In this document: one piece after another, positions 62,462-64,000 of the stretch
How positions within the stretch are numbered: position 1 is the first letter of the stretch
How the letters are laid out: every line of letters starts with the position of its first letter
Origin: Candidatus Eiseniibacteriota bacterium
Lineage (GTDB): Bacteria > Eisenbacteria > RBG-16-71-46 > JABDJR01
Assembly: GCA_963762255.1 (NCBI GenBank)
Contig: CAVXKA010000001.1
Coordinates: 1,472,001-1,536,000 of the forward strand
Reading direction: 5' to 3'
DNA: 64,000 nt
The notes under the pieces: generated by a model
What the model was told of the DNA's origin: nothing
Database searches by the model: none
Seen by the model: the letters and a program-made list of their open reading frames with translations, nothing else
Translations under genes and position numbers: made by a program

Positions 62462-64000
62462 TCATCGCTTCTGCTGCGGGTAGTCGTCTTCCGGTTCCCA
62501 GCGGGGCCGGAAGTCGTCGCCCCAGACGGGCGGTTGGTTACGGTCCCACAGATCGCGCGCCCGCTCGACCAGGCCGGCCAACTCTTCCGCGTCCGACGGC
62601 GAGCCCATCGCGTGGGCCGCGCTTCGCGCGAGACCCATCACCTTGCCGAGATCGCCGTCCTTGGCCCAGTAGGAGTGGCGCAGGATCTCGGCGAACTCCG
62701 CCGCCGCCGCGTCCATGCGGAAGCTGGCGTCGGCCTGCTCGATCCGACGCTTGATGTCCTTCACGCGAATCGTGCGCGCTTCCTCCACCACGCGCCCGCT
62801 CTCGGCGTCCTGGTAGCGGATGCGCACGGTGGCGAAATCGCCGCCCGCGTCCTTCTCGATCTTGGCTTCGAAGAGCGCCGTGACTTCGTGGCCCGCGCCC
62901 ACCTCACCCGCGTCCACCGCGTCGTTGCGGAAGTCGCGGTCGGCCACGTCGCGGTTCTCGTATCCGAGGAGACGGTAGCGGCGCACGTTGTCGGCGTCGA
63001 ACTCCACCTGGACCTTGGCGTCGCGCGCGATCGTCTGCAGCGTGCCGGTCAGGTTGTCCACGAAGACGCGGCGGGCCTCGGCGGGGTCATCGACATAGAA
63101 GTAGTTGCCGTCGCCCTTGTCGGCGAGCTGCTCCAGGAGGACGTCGTTGAAGTTGCCCATCCCCACGCCGATCGCGGTCATCTCGATGCCGCGACCCGCC
63201 TCGCGCTCGATCACAGCCAGGATGTCGTCGGCACCGGTAGCGCCGGTGTTGGCCACCCCGTCCGAGCAGAGGATCACGCGGTTGACGGCGCCGCGCTCGA
63301 AGGCGCGGGCGGCCATCGCGTAGCCCTGACGGAGGCCGTCCTCGGCGTTGGTGGAGCCGCCCGCCTGGAGCCGGACGATCGCGTCTTCGATGTCGCGCCG
63401 GTAGCGAACCGACGTGGTGGGGAGGACGACGCGGGCGCTCGTGCCGTAGGTCACGATGCCGACCTTGTCGTCACGATCGAGCTGGTCGAGCAGCATGCCG
63501 AGCGACCGCTTCACAAGCTCAAGCCGATCCTCGCGCTCCATGGAGCCCGAGCTGTCGATCACGAACGTGAGCACCACCGGCTTGCGCGCACGCGCATCGA
63601 TCTCGCGCCCCTTGAGCCCGACGCGCAGGAGAACGAGCCCCTCGCCGAACGGGGACGGCGCCGCCTCCAGATGGATGGCGAAGGTTCCGTGGTCGGATGG
63701 GGCCCACTTGCGATCGGCGACGACGTCGTGGCCGGGAGGCGCGTAGTTGTGGCCGATCGCGTTCACGAACTCCTCGACGCGCACTGCCTCCGCGGGCGGC
63801 AGATCGCCGCGCTCGAGATAGGAGCGCGTGACCGCATAGGACGCGTTGTCCACGTCCATGGCGAAGGTGGCGAAGCGATCCTCCTGCGGGTCCACGAACG
63901 GGTTCACGCCATAGTGCTGGAAGAACATCGCGTCGTAGGCCTGACCGTTGACGGGATCGGTGCCACCCACCGAGTTGGGCCAGCGCTCCTGGTCGGTCTT
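62462..64000 (-). CDS. YfbK-like von Willebrand factor A domain protein; 5' end outside window
   Basis: DVDNASY, VRVEEFVN, MIDAS DSSGSM, SDGVAN, TIARDAKVQVEF, YRLLGYENR and DAGEVGAGH motifs. Confidence 0.9.
   Translation of the reverse strand, partial: KTDQERWPNSVGGTDPVNGQAYDAMFFQHYGVNPFVDPQEDRFATFAMDVDNASYAVTRSYLERGDLPPAEAVRVEEFVNAIGHNYAPPGHDVVADRKWAPSDHGTFAIHLEAAPSPFGEGLVLLRVGLKGREIDARARKPVVLTFVIDSSGSMEREDRLELVKRSLGMLLDQLDRDDKVGIVTYGTSARVVLPTTSVRYRRDIEDAIVRLQAGGSTNAEDGLRQGYAMAARAFERGAVNRVILCSDGVANTGATGADDILAVIEREAGRGIEMTAIGVGMGNFNDVLLEQLADKGDGNYFYVDDPAEARRVFVDNLTGTLQTIARDAKVQVEFDADNVRRYRLLGYENRDVADRDFRNDAVDAGEVGAGHEVTALFEAKIEKDAGGDFATVRIRYQDAESGRVVEEARTIRVKDIKRRIEQADASFRMDAAAAEFAEILRHSYWAKDGDLGKVMGLARSAAHAMGSPSDAEELAGLVERARDLWDRNQPPVWGDDFRPRWEPEDDYPQQKR

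Overview
High-GC bacterial chromosomal window. A PorV-like barrel and a FlgD-Ig/T9SS-type C-terminal sorting domain suggest an FCB-group organism, possibly a candidate phylum (inference). It holds about 46 CDS: envelope/proteolysis genes (DegQ, M16, CPBP, tricorn, TonB-C pair), a sigma54 activator next to a sigma54 promoter, thiC with a TPP riboswitch, thiI, and the ribD-ribE-ribBA-ribH-nusB operon with an FMN riboswitch. The best candidate for an undescribed system is a lower-GC three-gene island at ~42.6-47.5 kb: a wHTH-like protein, a MORC-like GHKL ATPase, and an 800-aa protein with three RNA-polymerase alpha-CTD repeats plus a sigma70 region-4 HTH. I recognised no nuclease or methylase in it. 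Also notable: three tandem serpins (two with CarboxypepD_reg fusions and near-identical 3' ends), catalytically degenerate ImmA- and SbcD/SbcC-like genes, a PLD3/4-like enzyme, and a lumazine synthase with a His-rich tail. Six genes carry single-base frameshifts, most likely assembly errors. No tRNA, rRNA, CRISPR array, integrase or transposase was recognised. All family calls come from reading motifs by eye; no database search was run.
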